64,000 bases of DNA from Candidatus Latescibacterota bacterium (GCA_965206595.1 OZ242214.1:1728001-1792000), one strand, 5' to 3'. Counted from the stretch's first letter, positions 10,184 through 21,448 are shown. The notes: generated by a model not told the origin, from the sequence alone. Numbers and translations are program-made.

Positions 10184-11194
10184 GCGCGGCGGTCGAACAG
10201 TTGGCGACCACGGTCGGGGTGGCCCCGGCTTGCCGCGCCCTGGGGGTGGCCCGCGCTTCGGTCTATCGCCACCGCACCCCCCCGCTGCCGCGCCGGGACG
10301 CGGCGCCTTTGCCGTTCGCCTCGTGCCCTGGCCCCGGAAGAGCGCGCCCACGTACTGGCTACCCTGCACGAAGACCGTTTCGTCGACCAGGCCCCGGCCG
10401 CCGTATACGCGAATCTGCTGGAGGAAGGACGCTACCTGTGTTCCCAACGCACGATGTATCGTCTGCTGCACGGCGCCGGCGAGGTGCGGGAACGCCGCCG
10501 CCAGCGCCGCCACCCTCGGGCCGAGCCGCCGCGGCTGGTGGCCAGGGCCCCCAACCAGGTCTGGACATGGGACATTACCCGTCTGGCGGGCCCGCGTACA
10601 GGGGGGACGTATCCGCTTTACGTGGTGCTCGACCTGTTTTCGCGTTACGTCGTCGCCTGGATGGTGGCCACCCGGGAAAGCGCCGGCAGCGCACGGCGCC
10701 TGATCCGGACCGCCTGCCGCAAGCAAGCCATCGAGCCGGGGCAGCTGACCCTGCACCAGGACCGGGGCGCCCCGATGACGGCCAAGACCTTTTCGCAGCT
10801 GCTGGTCGATCTCGAGATCCTGGCCAGCTACAGCCGCCCGCGAACCGCCGACGACAACCCCTATTCGGAGAGCCAGTTCAAAACCGTCAAATACGCGCCC
10901 ACCTACCCGGGCCGCTTTGCCGACCCGGAGCAGGCGCGGGCGTATTTTCGCTCGTTCTTTCTCTGGTACAACACCCGCCATCGCCATAGCGGATTGGGCC
11001 TGCTGACCCCGGAGGCGGTACATCACGGGCGCGCCGAGGAGCTCCAGGCAGCGCGCCAATCCATCCTCGATGACGCCCATGCACGACATCCCGAGCGCTT
11101 CGTAAAGGGGCCGCCCCAAGCACCGAAAATACCAGCCGAGGTGTGGATCAACCCACCCCCGACCATCATCGAATGCGCACGAACAGGACAGTAA
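10180..11194 (+). pseudogene. IS3 transposase OrfB, frameshifted near the C7 run at 10277-10283
   Basis: N-terminus in the frame of 10180; the rest (RALAPEERAHVL...PNQVWTWDIT...LDLFSRYVVAW...HQDRG...DNPYSESQFKTVKY) is in the +1 frame. Confidence 0.82.
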
Positions 11195-11245
11195 ACTTTC
11201 ACGCGAAGTGTCTCATTTCCATTGACACGTTCCGAACCGCGGCGC

Positions 11246-12490
11246 ATGATCTGGCCCTGTAAGCGATTCGATTTTACCTGGGCGGACTGGCGTTTCGCCC
11301 TCAAGTCGTGCCTGTATCCCCCGCCGAGGGGAAGGGTCGTAGCACGTATCGAGAGCCTGTGGTGCGAGGACCGCGACGCCATCGCCTGCCTAACGGCGCG
11401 CTCGGGGTTCGACCTGTTCCTTCGGGCGAAACGGTGGAAATCTGGAGACGAGATCATCTTCAGTGCCCTGACCGTGCCGGACATGCCCCACATCGCCAGG
11501 CAGCACGGTCTGCGGCCGGTACCTCTCGACATCGACCCGCTGACGACGGTGTGGGACGCGCGCTCGCTCGACCAGCTGATCGGGCCGCGCACCCGGGCCG
11601 TCGTTCTCGCCCACCTGTTCGGAGCCCGGATCGACGTGGAGCCGGCGGTAGCCGTCGCTCGCCGGCATGGCGTCGCCGTCGTGGAAGACTGTGCCCAGGC
11701 GTACGCGGGACCTGGCTGGACCGGCCACCCGCAAGCCGACCTGACGCTCTTTTCTTTCGGACCCATGAAGATCGCTACGGCCTTCGGCGGGGCGATCGCC
11801 CGCGTGCGCCACCCGCAACTGCGCGCCGAAATGACAGCAATCCTGGAGCGGGACCCGGTCCAGTCGACGGGTGAGTTCTTGCGCCGTGTGCTACTTTTCG
11901 GCGTTCTGAAATGGGCTTCGAAGCCGACGATTTTCGCTGCTCTGGTCTTTCTGGCCAACCTTCTGGGTTTCGACCGCGATAGCTGGATTCGCACCCTCAC
12001 GCGCAACGTCCCTCGTGATTCGCTCATGCCCCACATCCGCCGCCGTCCCTGTGCCGCACTTCTCGGTCTGCTGGAGCGCAGGTTGGGGGAGGGAGAAGCC
12101 CCGGTGACCCGACGCGTAGAACCGGGCTGCGCCCTGTTTCGGACCCTGGGTCGCGAGGTCGAGCTGCCTACCCGCGACGCCCCCACGCATGCCTACTGGA
12201 TGGTCCCGGTGCTCGTCCGCGACCGGGAAGCGGTGAAGATCCACCTCCGCAGCCAGGGGTTCGACGCCATGTCGGAACGGCTTAGCGTGGTGTCCGACGG
12301 CGACTCCCCGGCCCCCGGAGCCCAGCGGCTTGCGGACGCCGTATACCTGCCGTTCGATCCCGAGATGCCCGGAAGCGAGCTCGAGCGGCTGGGGGCGCTT
12401 ATGACGCGTCTGGCCGCCCGTGGAGGAGAAGTGGAACCGGAAGAGAATTACCGGCAACTGGCCAGGGATCGCGGAATAGGAGAGGTTTGA
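11246..12490 (+). CDS. DegT/DnrJ/StrS-like PLP-dependent aminotransferase
   Basis: TARSGFDL, RTRAVVLAHLFG, VVEDCAQAY, SFGPMKIATAFGGA (PLP lysine). Confidence 0.85.
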   Translation: MIWPCKRFDFTWADWRFALKSCLYPPPRGRVVARIESLWCEDRDAIACLTARSGFDLFLRAKRWKSGDEIIFSALTVPDMPHIARQHGLRPVPLDIDPLTTVWDARSLDQLIGPRTRAVVLAHLFGARIDVEPAVAVARRHGVAVVEDCAQAYAGPGWTGHPQADLTLFSFGPMKIATAFGGAIARVRHPQLRAEMTAILERDPVQSTGEFLRRVLLFGVLKWASKPTIFAALVFLANLLGFDRDSWIRTLTRNVPRDSLMPHIRRRPCAALLGLLERRLGEGEAPVTRRVEPGCALFRTLGREVELPTRDAPTHAYWMVPVLVRDREAVKIHLRSQGFDAMSERLSVVSDGDSPAPGAQRLADAVYLPFDPEMPGSELERLGALMTRLAARGGEVEPEENYRQLARDRGIGEV

Positions 12491-12540
12491 TTGCAAGGAT
12501 GCCGGCTATCGCGAACTCACCATTCCATCACCCTATTTCA

Positions 12541-13540
12541 ATGCGCCCCACACTTCAACTAACCGCGATAGCGGTCCTGGCGGTCTCTCCGCTCCTGGCG
12601 CAGCAGGGCACGATTCGGGGAAAGGTCACCGACAGCGAATTCGCCAGTCCGCTTCCAGGGGCGAATCTGCACGTCGTAGGCACCGCAAGGGGAACGGTTT
12701 CGGATGGGAAGGGGAATTTCGAGCCGAGCGTGTCTCCAGGGTCACATACCCTGCAGGTGAACTATATCGGCTACCAGTCCGCCCGGAGCGCCGTCGCGAT
12801 TGCGGCCGCAGACACGGTGGAGGTCGATTTCGCCCTGGTCGAGCGAACCTTGATGGGGGACGGAGTGGTGGTGGTCGGATCCCGGGCGGTGCGAACCGCC
12901 CGGGAGACCCCGGCGCCGGTCGATGTCCTTTCGGAGACCGAGATCTGCCAATCCGGCGAAACCGAGACCAACCAGACCCTGGGCCAGCTGGCCCCTTCCT
13001 TCAACGCCTCTCACCAGCCTATTTCCGACGGCACCGACCACATCTACCCAGCCAGCCTTCGCGGCCTGGGCCTCGACCAGGTGAAGATGCTTGTGCTTGT
13101 CAAGGGCAAGCGCCGCCACTCCAGCGCCCTGATGCACGTCAACGGCACCTTCGGCCGGGGCACTGTCGGGGTAGACCTCAACGCCATTCCCAAGGTCGGG
13201 GTCGAGCGCATCGAGATCCTGCGCGACGGGGCCGCGGACCAGTACGGCTCGGACGCCATCGCCGGGGTGATCAATATCGTTCTGAAGGAGAGCACCGAAA
13301 GCCTCCAACTCAACAGCCTGATGGGAACTTCGGGAGAAGGGAACGGCGATCAGGTCAAGACCCGTGAACTACGTTTTTCCACTTGAGGACCGAGGTTTCA
13401 TCAACGTGACTGGAGAGTTCTTCGATCGCGGCCGCACTGCCCGCAGCGGTTTCTACACTGCGGACACAATGTGGCTGCAAGAAAACCATCTACCCCGGGA
13501 GGCATTCAACATGCCATCGGGCAGAGCAAGGCCACGTTGC
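12541..13540 (+). pseudogene. TonB-dependent receptor, frameshifted and truncated
   Basis: Signal peptide, carboxypeptidase-regulatory-like domain, plug (VVVGSR, LRGLG, ERIEILRDGAADQYGSDAIAGVINIVLK); frame change near 13360, barrel absent; end approximate. Confidence 0.85.
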
Positions 13541-13693
13541 GCGAGAGGGGGTGGAATTTGCTCGCATGGAAGGCCGATGGCGGCCCCCATGACCCGACAT
13601 GCGTCGGCACTCGAAATTTTCTTGCGCCAACTTTATCGAACTCCATTATAATTAGGTCATAGGAATTCTCCACTGAAGGGAAAGAGAACAGAT

Positions 13694-14752
13694 ATGAAAA
13701 TCACGCACTCATTCCAGCAGTTCTCACTCGCGGTACTCGCGCCCATCGCCAGCGGTTTGATGTTGGCCTCGCCTGCCCCAGCCCAGTTCGATCCCGGTGA
13801 GACGGCGGGTGTCTCGGTCGGAAGCAGCGCGGGGGGCTTGTTACCCATTACCGAGCTCGAAAACCAGATCGGCTTACGGGGTACCGCCTATTTGCGGCGG
13901 GGTCTGCTCCCGAATTGGCAGTTCGAGCTCAACGGGGGATACGAGCGCCTCTTGGCCACCGATTCCGCAACCGATGTGACCACCATCAGCGGCCGCCTGC
14001 TGTTCAGCCCCATCACCAGCAGTGATTGGAACCTGTTCCTGTTCGGGGGTGTCGGCCTGATGCGTTACGATTGGGATCAACCCGAGATTTCCAGTTTGCG
14101 CACCTCTGGACTGGATGTCATCGGATCGGTCCCGATGATTCCGCTGGGCACCGGGATCCAGTACAAACTGTCGGACAATCTCGCCCTGGAGGTCACCATC
14201 GGCTATGAGATGGCCCTCAGCGACGCCGTCAATGCGGTCGAAGAGGGAGGGAACGACGCCTCCCTGCAAGGTAGGGTCGGGCTGACTCTCGGCAGCTTCG
14301 GCCCGCCGCCGGTCCCACTCGCACCGGTCGCTCCCATGCCTGAACCTGTGGCTCCTCCTGTTGAGGCCGTCCCGGAACCCCCGATGGAAGAGGTGGCGGA
14401 TGAACCCGAGATGCCGGCTCCTGCTCCAAGAGTGGTCCTGTTCGCCCTGAATTCGACAAAGCTTTCCAGCGAAGCCATGGGAGTCCTCGACGACGTTGTC
14501 ATGGATCTGGAAGAGCTACCCGAGATCGGGGTGATGCTGCGCGGCCACACCGATAGCACCGGCAGTGTCTGGTACAACTCCAAGCTGGGTATGAGGCGGG
14601 CAGTGTCGGTCCAGAAGTACCTGATGTCAAAGGGAATCGACGCCGGACGAATGAGCCTCGAATCCAAGGGGGAGAATGAACCGGTTGCCAGCAATGCAAC
14701 CAAGGAGGGGCGTCGGCAAAATCGCCGCGTGGAGATCATAATCTCTGAGTAG
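13694..14752 (+). CDS. OmpA-family protein (beta-barrel, Pro-rich linker, PG-binding domain)
   Basis: VLFALNSTKL, GHTDSTG, RRAVSVQKYL, GENEPVASN, GRRQNRRVEI. Confidence 0.93.
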   Translation: MKITHSFQQFSLAVLAPIASGLMLASPAPAQFDPGETAGVSVGSSAGGLLPITELENQIGLRGTAYLRRGLLPNWQFELNGGYERLLATDSATDVTTISGRLLFSPITSSDWNLFLFGGVGLMRYDWDQPEISSLRTSGLDVIGSVPMIPLGTGIQYKLSDNLALEVTIGYEMALSDAVNAVEEGGNDASLQGRVGLTLGSFGPPPVPLAPVAPMPEPVAPPVEAVPEPPMEEVADEPEMPAPAPRVVLFALNSTKLSSEAMGVLDDVVMDLEELPEIGVMLRGHTDSTGSVWYNSKLGMRRAVSVQKYLMSKGIDAGRMSLESKGENEPVASNATKEGRRQNRRVEIIISE

Positions 14753-14881
14753 GCCGTCCGACCTGTAGCCATAAGGGGGCGTCCACGACTAGGAGAGGTC
14801 GTGGACGCCCTTACCGTACATCCTCTCCCTTCCATTTCCCACCAACTGAGCAACTCGTTGCGTCCGAGACCGCCCGAATAA

Positions 14882-15133
14882 GCTACGCCGGAAGGGTATG
14901 TCCTCGATGGAGTCGATCCGGACGTGGTGGAGGTGAGAGTGGCCGGTCCGCGCCGGGAGCTGCTGCTGGCCAGTCCGGAGGATTTCCAACTGGTGCTCGG
15001 CAATGCCTCTCTGGTCAAACTCAAACGCCGGACCTTCGCCATTTCTGGTGACGATGTGCGCCATCCAACAGCCCTGGAAATCCTGGGGGTAAGTCCGGAA
15101 AAAGTGCGCCTGTCGGTGCGCGAGACCCGCTGA
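14882..15133 (+). pseudogene. YbbR/CdaR-like domain fragment
   Basis: PEGYVLDGVDPDVVEVRVAGPRRELL...LEILGVSPEKVRLSV resembles a YbbR repeat; in-frame TAA just upstream, no N-terminus. Confidence 0.5.
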
Positions 15134-15168
15134 AGGTTCCACGGCGGAGGCACCGCTCCTTCACTTCG

Positions 15169-16690
15169 CTAGAAGAACTGACCGATCCCGAAGGAAAGCT
15201 GCCAGACCCCGCCCCTGGCCAGTCCGCGAGCCAAGTCGGCGCGCATGATCGGGGAGTCGTATATCCGCGGCAATCCCAACCGCACCCCGAGGCCGGCAGC
15301 CGGTTTCAGGTCGATCTCTTCCCCTCCGTACCACGCATTTCCGGCATCGAAAAAAACGGCACCCGCCAATACGTAGAGGCCGGTGCGTTTGATGGTCGGG
15401 CGAGCTTCAAGGTTGAAGAGCAGCCTTCGGAGGCCGTCGAAGCTCCTCGGGGGATAGCCGCGAAGGCCCCGGTTCAACCCCAGCAGATACTGCGTCGGGT
15501 CTTCGGGCCGCGCAATCGAGGCGTAACTGACTCGGAAGGTGACGCTGTGCACCCTGAGGATCCGCACGTACGCCTGGAATTGGGATGACGTGATGAAGTG
15601 AGACCAGGATCCCCCTCCAATTCGGGTGCTTGCGAAAAAACTGGATAAGAGGTACAGGCCGGGCCGCGGGTTGAGACGGGGAGCTACCTGAAAGGCGATC
15701 GCGGGATAGGTTCGGTTCGAGCCCAGGGCCCAGTGGGAGATGGAAAGGGTTGCACCGCTCCAGCTTCCGATCTGGAGGTCCTCCGCCCGTCCCAGGGATT
15801 GCAGGAAGCGGGCCCGGGCATACCGGGGCTGCCAAATGAGGATGCCGGTGCCGACGACAACCCGTCTCCGGTCTTCCGGCGCATGGGAGAAGGGACGCGT
15901 CGGGTCAAAGACCTAGTCGGAGACCTCGAGCCGAACACTCGATCTGACCTTGATCCGATTCCCGGCCGAATGACCGGCCCAGATGCTGGCCGCCCCCAGG
16001 CTGCTGCGGTAGCGCGCCGTCAGCGTTCCAGAAAGAGTACCGCCGGACCAGGCTTTCCGAGCTGCGCAAGGCCGCGCCGAAGCTCCACCGGGACGACAGA
16101 GAAGAGTACGGCTGCGAAAAGGAAAGGGTGGCGAGGTGCCCTTCTTCTGCGAGTTCGAGCTGGGTGCGAAAACCGAAGTGCGAACCCAGCAACCGCGGCT
16201 CCCGGTAGAGCAGGCCGGCGCTGGTTCCCGATACGGCATCGCTGCGGGCGGTCGCCTGCACCAATTGGCCACGCCCGAGGAAGTTATAATCAAGGGCAAC
16301 AAGACCGAAGCTGATCTCGCCCAGTTCCCCCGCGAAGAGCGGCGATATGGCCCGCGAGTACAGATCTCTCACTTCCACCGAGATGTCGACGCTGTCGGCT
16401 GTCGACGCCGCCGGCAGCATGCGCACGCGCACGTTTCCGAGGAATAGAAGCCGGCGAAGGTTGCGCTCGCTCTCCTTCACGAGGTTGGTGTCCAGGCGTT
16501 CGCCGCAGGCGAACAACAGCTCGCGCCTGATTACCTCGGCGCGAGTGCGGCTGTTTCCATGAACGGAAATCGAGCCGATGACCGAGGGGGCAGCCAGTGT
16601 GTCGGCAGGTTGCGAAGTCCCGGGTGCCGCTGCAAGGAGCCACCCGAGCGCCGCGGCAGCTGATGAACAGGTGGGCTGAAGCATGATCAC
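15169..16690 (-). pseudogene. Omp85/BamA-TamA-like outer membrane protein (one POTRA), disrupted
   Basis: POTRA (ISVHGNSRTRAEVIRRELLF, NFLGRGQ), frameshift near 16033, in-frame TAG at 15913-15915, then open frame to C-terminal beta-signal LSFGIGQFF. Confidence 0.85.
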
Positions 16691-16697
16691 AACCTCC

Positions 16698-17877
16698 TAG
16701 TGTCCCGTCCCAGGAATATCTTGTAAAAATGTGATCTTCTCATTAGGTTTCCCCTAATAGGGATACCGCAAGGAGGAACCTAATGGCACTGGGACGTCCC
16801 CTGAAGCCGCTCACCCTCAGTGACGAAGTTCGTGCCCAACTCGAATCCATGGCCCGTTCCCGTAGCCTGCCTCATGCGCATGTGCGGCGAGCCAAGATCG
16901 TCTTGATGAGCGATGAGGGGCTCACCAATCAACAGATCGGTCAGCATCTTGGGCTGTCGGGCGTTTCGGTTGGCAAGTGGCGCCGTCGTTTCTGCGAACA
17001 AGGCCTGATGGGGCTCTACGATGAGCTGCGCCCCGGGGGTCCGCGCTCGATAAGCGATGAGGAAGTCGCCGCGTTGATTCATAAGACGCTCGAGCATCCA
17101 CCGAAGGGGGCCACGCACTGGACGTGCCGTTCCCTCGCCGCCGAGGCCAACCTCTCCAAGTCCACCGTTCAACGAGTATGGAAAGCGTTGGGTCTGCAGC
17201 CGCATCGACAGAAGCACTTCAAGCTGTCCAACGACCCTTTTTTTTGTGGACAAAGTCAGAGACATCGTAGGCCTCTACCTGAACCCTCCGGACAAGGCCA
17301 TGGTGTTATGCGTCGACGAGAAGAGCCAGATCCAGGCCCTGGAACGGACGCAGCCGATTCTGCCTTTGGGCCTGGGCTATGTGGAAGGCGTTACGCACAG
17401 CTATATCCGGCACGGCACGACGACCTTGTTCGCGGCGCTCGAAATCGCATCGGGCAAGGTCCTGACCCAATGCAAACCCAAACCCCGGCATCGGCACCAG
17501 GAATTCCTGCAGTTCCTCAAATACATAGACCAAAACGTCCCGAAAGACCTCGACATTCATCTCGTCGTAGATAACTACGCCACGCACACGCACGAAAAGG
17601 TCAAACGGTGGATCGCAGCGCGACCGCGATACCATGTTCACTATACACCGACCTACGCCTCTTGGCTCAACCAGGTGGAGATCTGGTTCGGCATCCTCAC
17701 ACAGAAAGCCATCCGCCGTGGGACCTTCAAGAAGGTGAAGGACCTGGTCGCCAGCATTCAGGAATTCACCGACCGCTATAACGCCCACTCACACCCGTTT
17801 GTGTGGACGGCGACGGCCGAATCGATTCTCGCAAAGATCACCAGACTTTTCAAACTAATTCATGGGACGGGACACTA
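16698..17877 (+). mobile_element. IS630-family insertion sequence
   Basis: IRs TAGTGTCCCGTCCCA(G/T)GAAT at both ends including flanking TA. Confidence 0.93.
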
Positions 17878-17878
17878 A
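16783..17878 (+). pseudogene. IS630 transposase split at T8 run (17238-17245)
   Basis: HWTCRSLA...FKLSNDPFF | VDKVRDIVGLYLNPP...CVDEKSQIQAL...VDNYATH...SWLNQVEIWF; second half in +1 frame. Confidence 0.88.
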
Positions 17879-18039
17879 GAGGGGGTCCCAAAGGGCAAGA
17901 GGCTGGGGCTTGGAGTTCGGAGGCTGGTGCAATTGATTTTGCTGGCGCCTCCGGTGCAGGGGGACGATCCGATAGCCAAACCTTACCCCTGATCGGACGC
18001 GTCCCCGGATCAATTCATTCGGACCGGAAAGGAGAAATC

Positions 18040-18759
18040 GTGAAAGCGAGTGGACTGAAGCAGCGAATCCGCAGCGGCCACACCGTCATCGGTTTGGGAG
18101 CTCCGATCTCGGCGACCAGAGGTTACTTCGAGCGCGCCATGGAACAGGAGTCGTACGAGTTCGTGTTCACGGACGGGCAGCATTCTGCGGTCGGTGACTC
18201 GCAGCTGGTAGAATTCTGTGCCCTGGCAGATGAGTTCGACCTTCCTGTGCGCTTCCGGATCAAACACGCGATGCACTGCCAGCTGATCGGCAACTTCCTC
18301 GACCTCGGGGCAGGAGGCATCGAGGTGCCCCAGACTGAAACGGAGCAGACGGCCAATGAAGCGGTCTGGAATTTCTACTACCCTCCGCTGGGGAGACGGA
18401 GCCTCGGAGGAGGAGCGCGGCGCAACATCGGCGTTTTACCCGACCCCAGGGCCTACGCCGACTGGTGGAACGAGAACGGCGTGCTTTGGCTGCAGATAGA
18501 GTCTCTTTCGGCGACGTTGCACGCCCACAAGCTCGCCAGATCGGAGGTCGACTGCCTGTCGATAGGCCCTTCCGATCTCGGGTTCGACATCGAGGCTCAC
18601 CCCCATCCTCCGTACGGGTCGGTCGAGGAATGTGTCGGGGCGATCGCGAAGTCAATCGGTGGGACGGAAACAGCGATCTGCTTCCGCACCGGGACTCCGG
18701 ACCGCAGGCCCCAGTACGCCGACCTCGGGGTGTTCCTGGAGCGTCCCAACCTCGACTGA
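18040..18759 (+). CDS. HpcH/HpaI aldolase family protein
   Basis: FVFTDGQH, LDLGAGGIEVP, YYPPLGRRSLG, LQIES, SIGPSDL; GTG after AAGGAG. Confidence 0.85.
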   Translation: MKASGLKQRIRSGHTVIGLGAPISATRGYFERAMEQESYEFVFTDGQHSAVGDSQLVEFCALADEFDLPVRFRIKHAMHCQLIGNFLDLGAGGIEVPQTETEQTANEAVWNFYYPPLGRRSLGGGARRNIGVLPDPRAYADWWNENGVLWLQIESLSATLHAHKLARSEVDCLSIGPSDLGFDIEAHPHPPYGSVEECVGAIAKSIGGTETAICFRTGTPDRRPQYADLGVFLERPNLD

Positions 18760-18860
18760 ACGATAGGGCCCACTGCTTGCGAATCGAGATGGGCTTCGGT
18801 ACCATTCGAACCGAAGCTGTCTATCTTCCGACAACTACGTTTCCCACAAGGAGTTGCACC

Positions 18861-19493
18861 ATGCGAGCCCGCCGAACTGCAGCCGCCGCTGCCCTGGCAG
18901 CCGCCCTGGGGACTGTGCCCGCCGGGGCAGATCTGTCTGCCTTCGCGGGTACAGTGGAGTTCGACGAGGACGTCAATCTGGAGAGTGCCCCCGGGTTCGG
19001 CCTGCGCTGGGGCAGATCAGGGGCGACCTTCGGGGGCGAAACCTCACTGTTGATCTCGCGGCCAACCCGGAACATTCACGACGGCGTGGAGGAGACGACC
19101 ACGACCGCCGTATTTTACGAAGGCCGCTTCCTGGTCAATTTCCCCACCGGCGACCTGAAGCCGTTTGTCGGGGTCGGCATGGGAGCGGTGACCCTGACTG
19201 CCACCGATCCCCCCGGGAACATAGATGACGCCGACCTCCTGCAGGCGCTGAATGCCGTGTCCGATCTGCAGACGAACACTGCCTTGAGCTATGGCGGTGG
19301 AATTCGATACCAGGTTCAGGAGCGGTTTGATATACGGTTCGACCTCCGTCAATACCAGGTGTTTTCCGTTAGAGGGGCCGTGGTCGCCGAGGCTGCCAGG
19401 CAGGTTGAGGAAATTACGGGAGCCGACCTCGATACCGAGGACTACACGGTGCAGTTCAACGAGATCAGTGCAGGCATCGTCATCAATTTTTGA
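18861..19493 (+). CDS. outer-membrane beta-barrel protein (OmpA/PagP-like, small)
   Basis: Signal peptide, KPFVGVGMG, YGGGIRY, IRFDLRQY, terminal Phe. Confidence 0.75.
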   Translation: MRARRTAAAAALAAALGTVPAGADLSAFAGTVEFDEDVNLESAPGFGLRWGRSGATFGGETSLLISRPTRNIHDGVEETTTTAVFYEGRFLVNFPTGDLKPFVGVGMGAVTLTATDPPGNIDDADLLQALNAVSDLQTNTALSYGGGIRYQVQERFDIRFDLRQYQVFSVRGAVVAEAARQVEEITGADLDTEDYTVQFNEISAGIVINF

Positions 19494-19544
19494 TCCCCGA
19501 TGGGAAGGTAGGGCGATTCTGGTTATCCCAATTTTAGATGGATG

Positions 19545-19578
19545 GAAAACCGACCTCATCCCGGGGGTCGGTTTTTTC
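19545..19578 (+). terminator. intrinsic terminator
   Basis: gaaaaccgacc-loop-ggtcggtttttt. Confidence 0.75.
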
Positions 19579-20039
19579 ATTTCCGGACCACAACGAGGCT
19601 TGGCGTCGGATGAGTCGTTGTTCGGGGTGCTCCATGACGCCTGCTGACGGGCCGTTTGCAACCCTCTTCGCAGTCTCAGCGGAAAAGCTGGCCGCTGACG
19701 ATCGAGCCTGTCATCCGGGCGCTTTTTTCGACCGCCTTGATCGCGGTCGAACCTGAAAAGCTGCAAGCAAAGAAGCAGGCCCAATGATTTCCCGTTAGCC
19801 ACCGTCGAAGGGGAAACCGCCTGTTCCTCATATTATGGGGCTTTTCACCCCCGCATGGCGGTCAGCGGCATATTCGGGTTCGTCCGGGTGTATCGGTTCC
19901 CACCTGATACGGCTGATCGTGGGGACTCGACCTCCGGCGTCGTTCCAGGACTCGACGCCGGGACAGTCCTTTTTACCGGTCCCTGCGGACAGGGTGCCGG
20001 GTGGTGCGTCGGTGTGACCACGCACTGGCAGGATGCGGC

Positions 20040-20615
20040 GTGATTAGAAACGGACCTGTCGTGGTATCGGGGATCCCGAGATCGGGAACTTCAATGTTGA
20101 TGGAAATGCTTTCCGCCGGCGGGGTGCCGCCCCTCACCGACGGGATTCGCTCTGCCGACTGCGACAACCCGGGGGGGTACTTCGAGTTTGAGCCGGTAAA
20201 GCGGATTTCCGAGAATTCGGAGTGCCTCGAGCAAGGGGCCGGAAAGGCGGTCAAGGTGATCTCGCGGCTGCTGCAGGATCTGCCGCGGGACCGCCGCTAC
20301 CGCGTGATCTTCATGCTCCGCGACCTCGATGAGCTCCTGTCCTCGCAGCGGCAGATGCTGGTCCGCCGCGGAAGGTGGACCGGTTGTGAGGGAGAGGACG
20401 GCGTTCGCGCCGCATTCGAGAATCACCTCGAAGCCACGAAAAGGTGGCTGCGAGAACATGCGCAAAATTTCGAGGTCCTCTACCTCCAATTTGAAGAGGT
20501 GCATGCGGACCCTCGCGGTGAGGCCCGCAGGGTGTGTGAGTTTCTCGGGGGAGGGCTGGATGTCGAGAGGATGGCGGACGCAGTAAACCCGGATCTCTAC
20601 CGGCAGCGATGCTGA
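20040..20615 (+). CDS. sulfotransferase family protein
   Basis: VVSGIPRSGTSMLM PAPS-binding loop, NPGGYFE, IFMLRDLDELLSSQ. Confidence 0.85.
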   Translation: MIRNGPVVVSGIPRSGTSMLMEMLSAGGVPPLTDGIRSADCDNPGGYFEFEPVKRISENSECLEQGAGKAVKVISRLLQDLPRDRRYRVIFMLRDLDELLSSQRQMLVRRGRWTGCEGEDGVRAAFENHLEATKRWLREHAQNFEVLYLQFEEVHADPRGEARRVCEFLGGGLDVERMADAVNPDLYRQRC

Positions 20616-21448
20616 GAATGGTCCGGTGGCTCCCCGTACCTCTGCTGGGCTGCTGCGTCTACTGATTACTGATGTGTCGGCCCCAGCGACGGGATCGTGG
20701 TCTGTCGCGAAACGGATGTCCGTAGCGAATAGCCTACTCCCCTGGTCATGGATGCGGAAGATGCAACCCCCAGGTGACACAGTAACGGAGAAAAACCGAC
20801 TCCTGGATTCATTTCTGTCTGCGAGGCCGGGGGCAGGTCACAGGCGTCAGGAGGGCCGACGGGGGTGAGGGCGCGGTTTTTCGCGGGAGTATTTTTATCC
20901 ACCTCGTGGTGGTACGGGGCACCCCGAGGTCACCCTACTCAGGGGAGTCCATGGCAACAGTCTCGAAATTCTTCCCCGAGACAGGAAGCAGGACCCGGTT
21001 GGTAAACGGCATTGAGGGTGGCGAAGATGAAGGCGGACGAGGTGGCTCGGCGCGGTGTAAGTGGCTGAAACCTTCCCGAAAGGGCTGCGAGCGCAAGGGA
21101 CACTGTTTTTACTCTGGTTGCCAGGGAGCCGGAAAACGATCTTGCACTGGCATGAATCGCCTGTGGGGTCTGTTTTCGTTTTCGCTCATGGGCACCAACG
21201 CCAACGGCGCTGCGAATTTTCCGTGGCAGCGGCGATAAAACCCGGTGCCGGCGGGAGGGACTCGGAACCCGCATGGCTACCCAGCGCCGGCAAGCAGTGA
21301 GAAGGTCGTTTCCGCTCCCGCCACCTTGGCAGGCACTACCTTTAAGGATACTCTTTGCGGTGAAGTGGGCAGGTCTTCGAATCGCAGGTTTGTCGGGACC
21401 AAAAAATCGGAATTGTTTACAAAGTGTAACTCATTCTGGGAGTACAAT

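Larger units (their letters stand above)
9657..11227 (+). mobile_element. IS3-family insertion sequence
   Basis: Imperfect terminal IRs TGCCAATATAGAGTGAGACATTTC / TGTCAATGGAAATGAGACACTTC (TG...CA ends); orfA + orfB with DDE integrase core. Confidence 0.88.

Noticed and set aside
15913-15915. In-frame TAG as pyrrolysine or readthrough
   Set aside because: The same gene also has a frameshift and an IS at its RBS; simple nonsense mutation is more likely
21062-21100. GAAA-tetraloop hairpin resembling a c-di-GMP-I riboswitch
   Set aside because: Lacks the GGCAAA/GCAAAGC junction motifs and second stem
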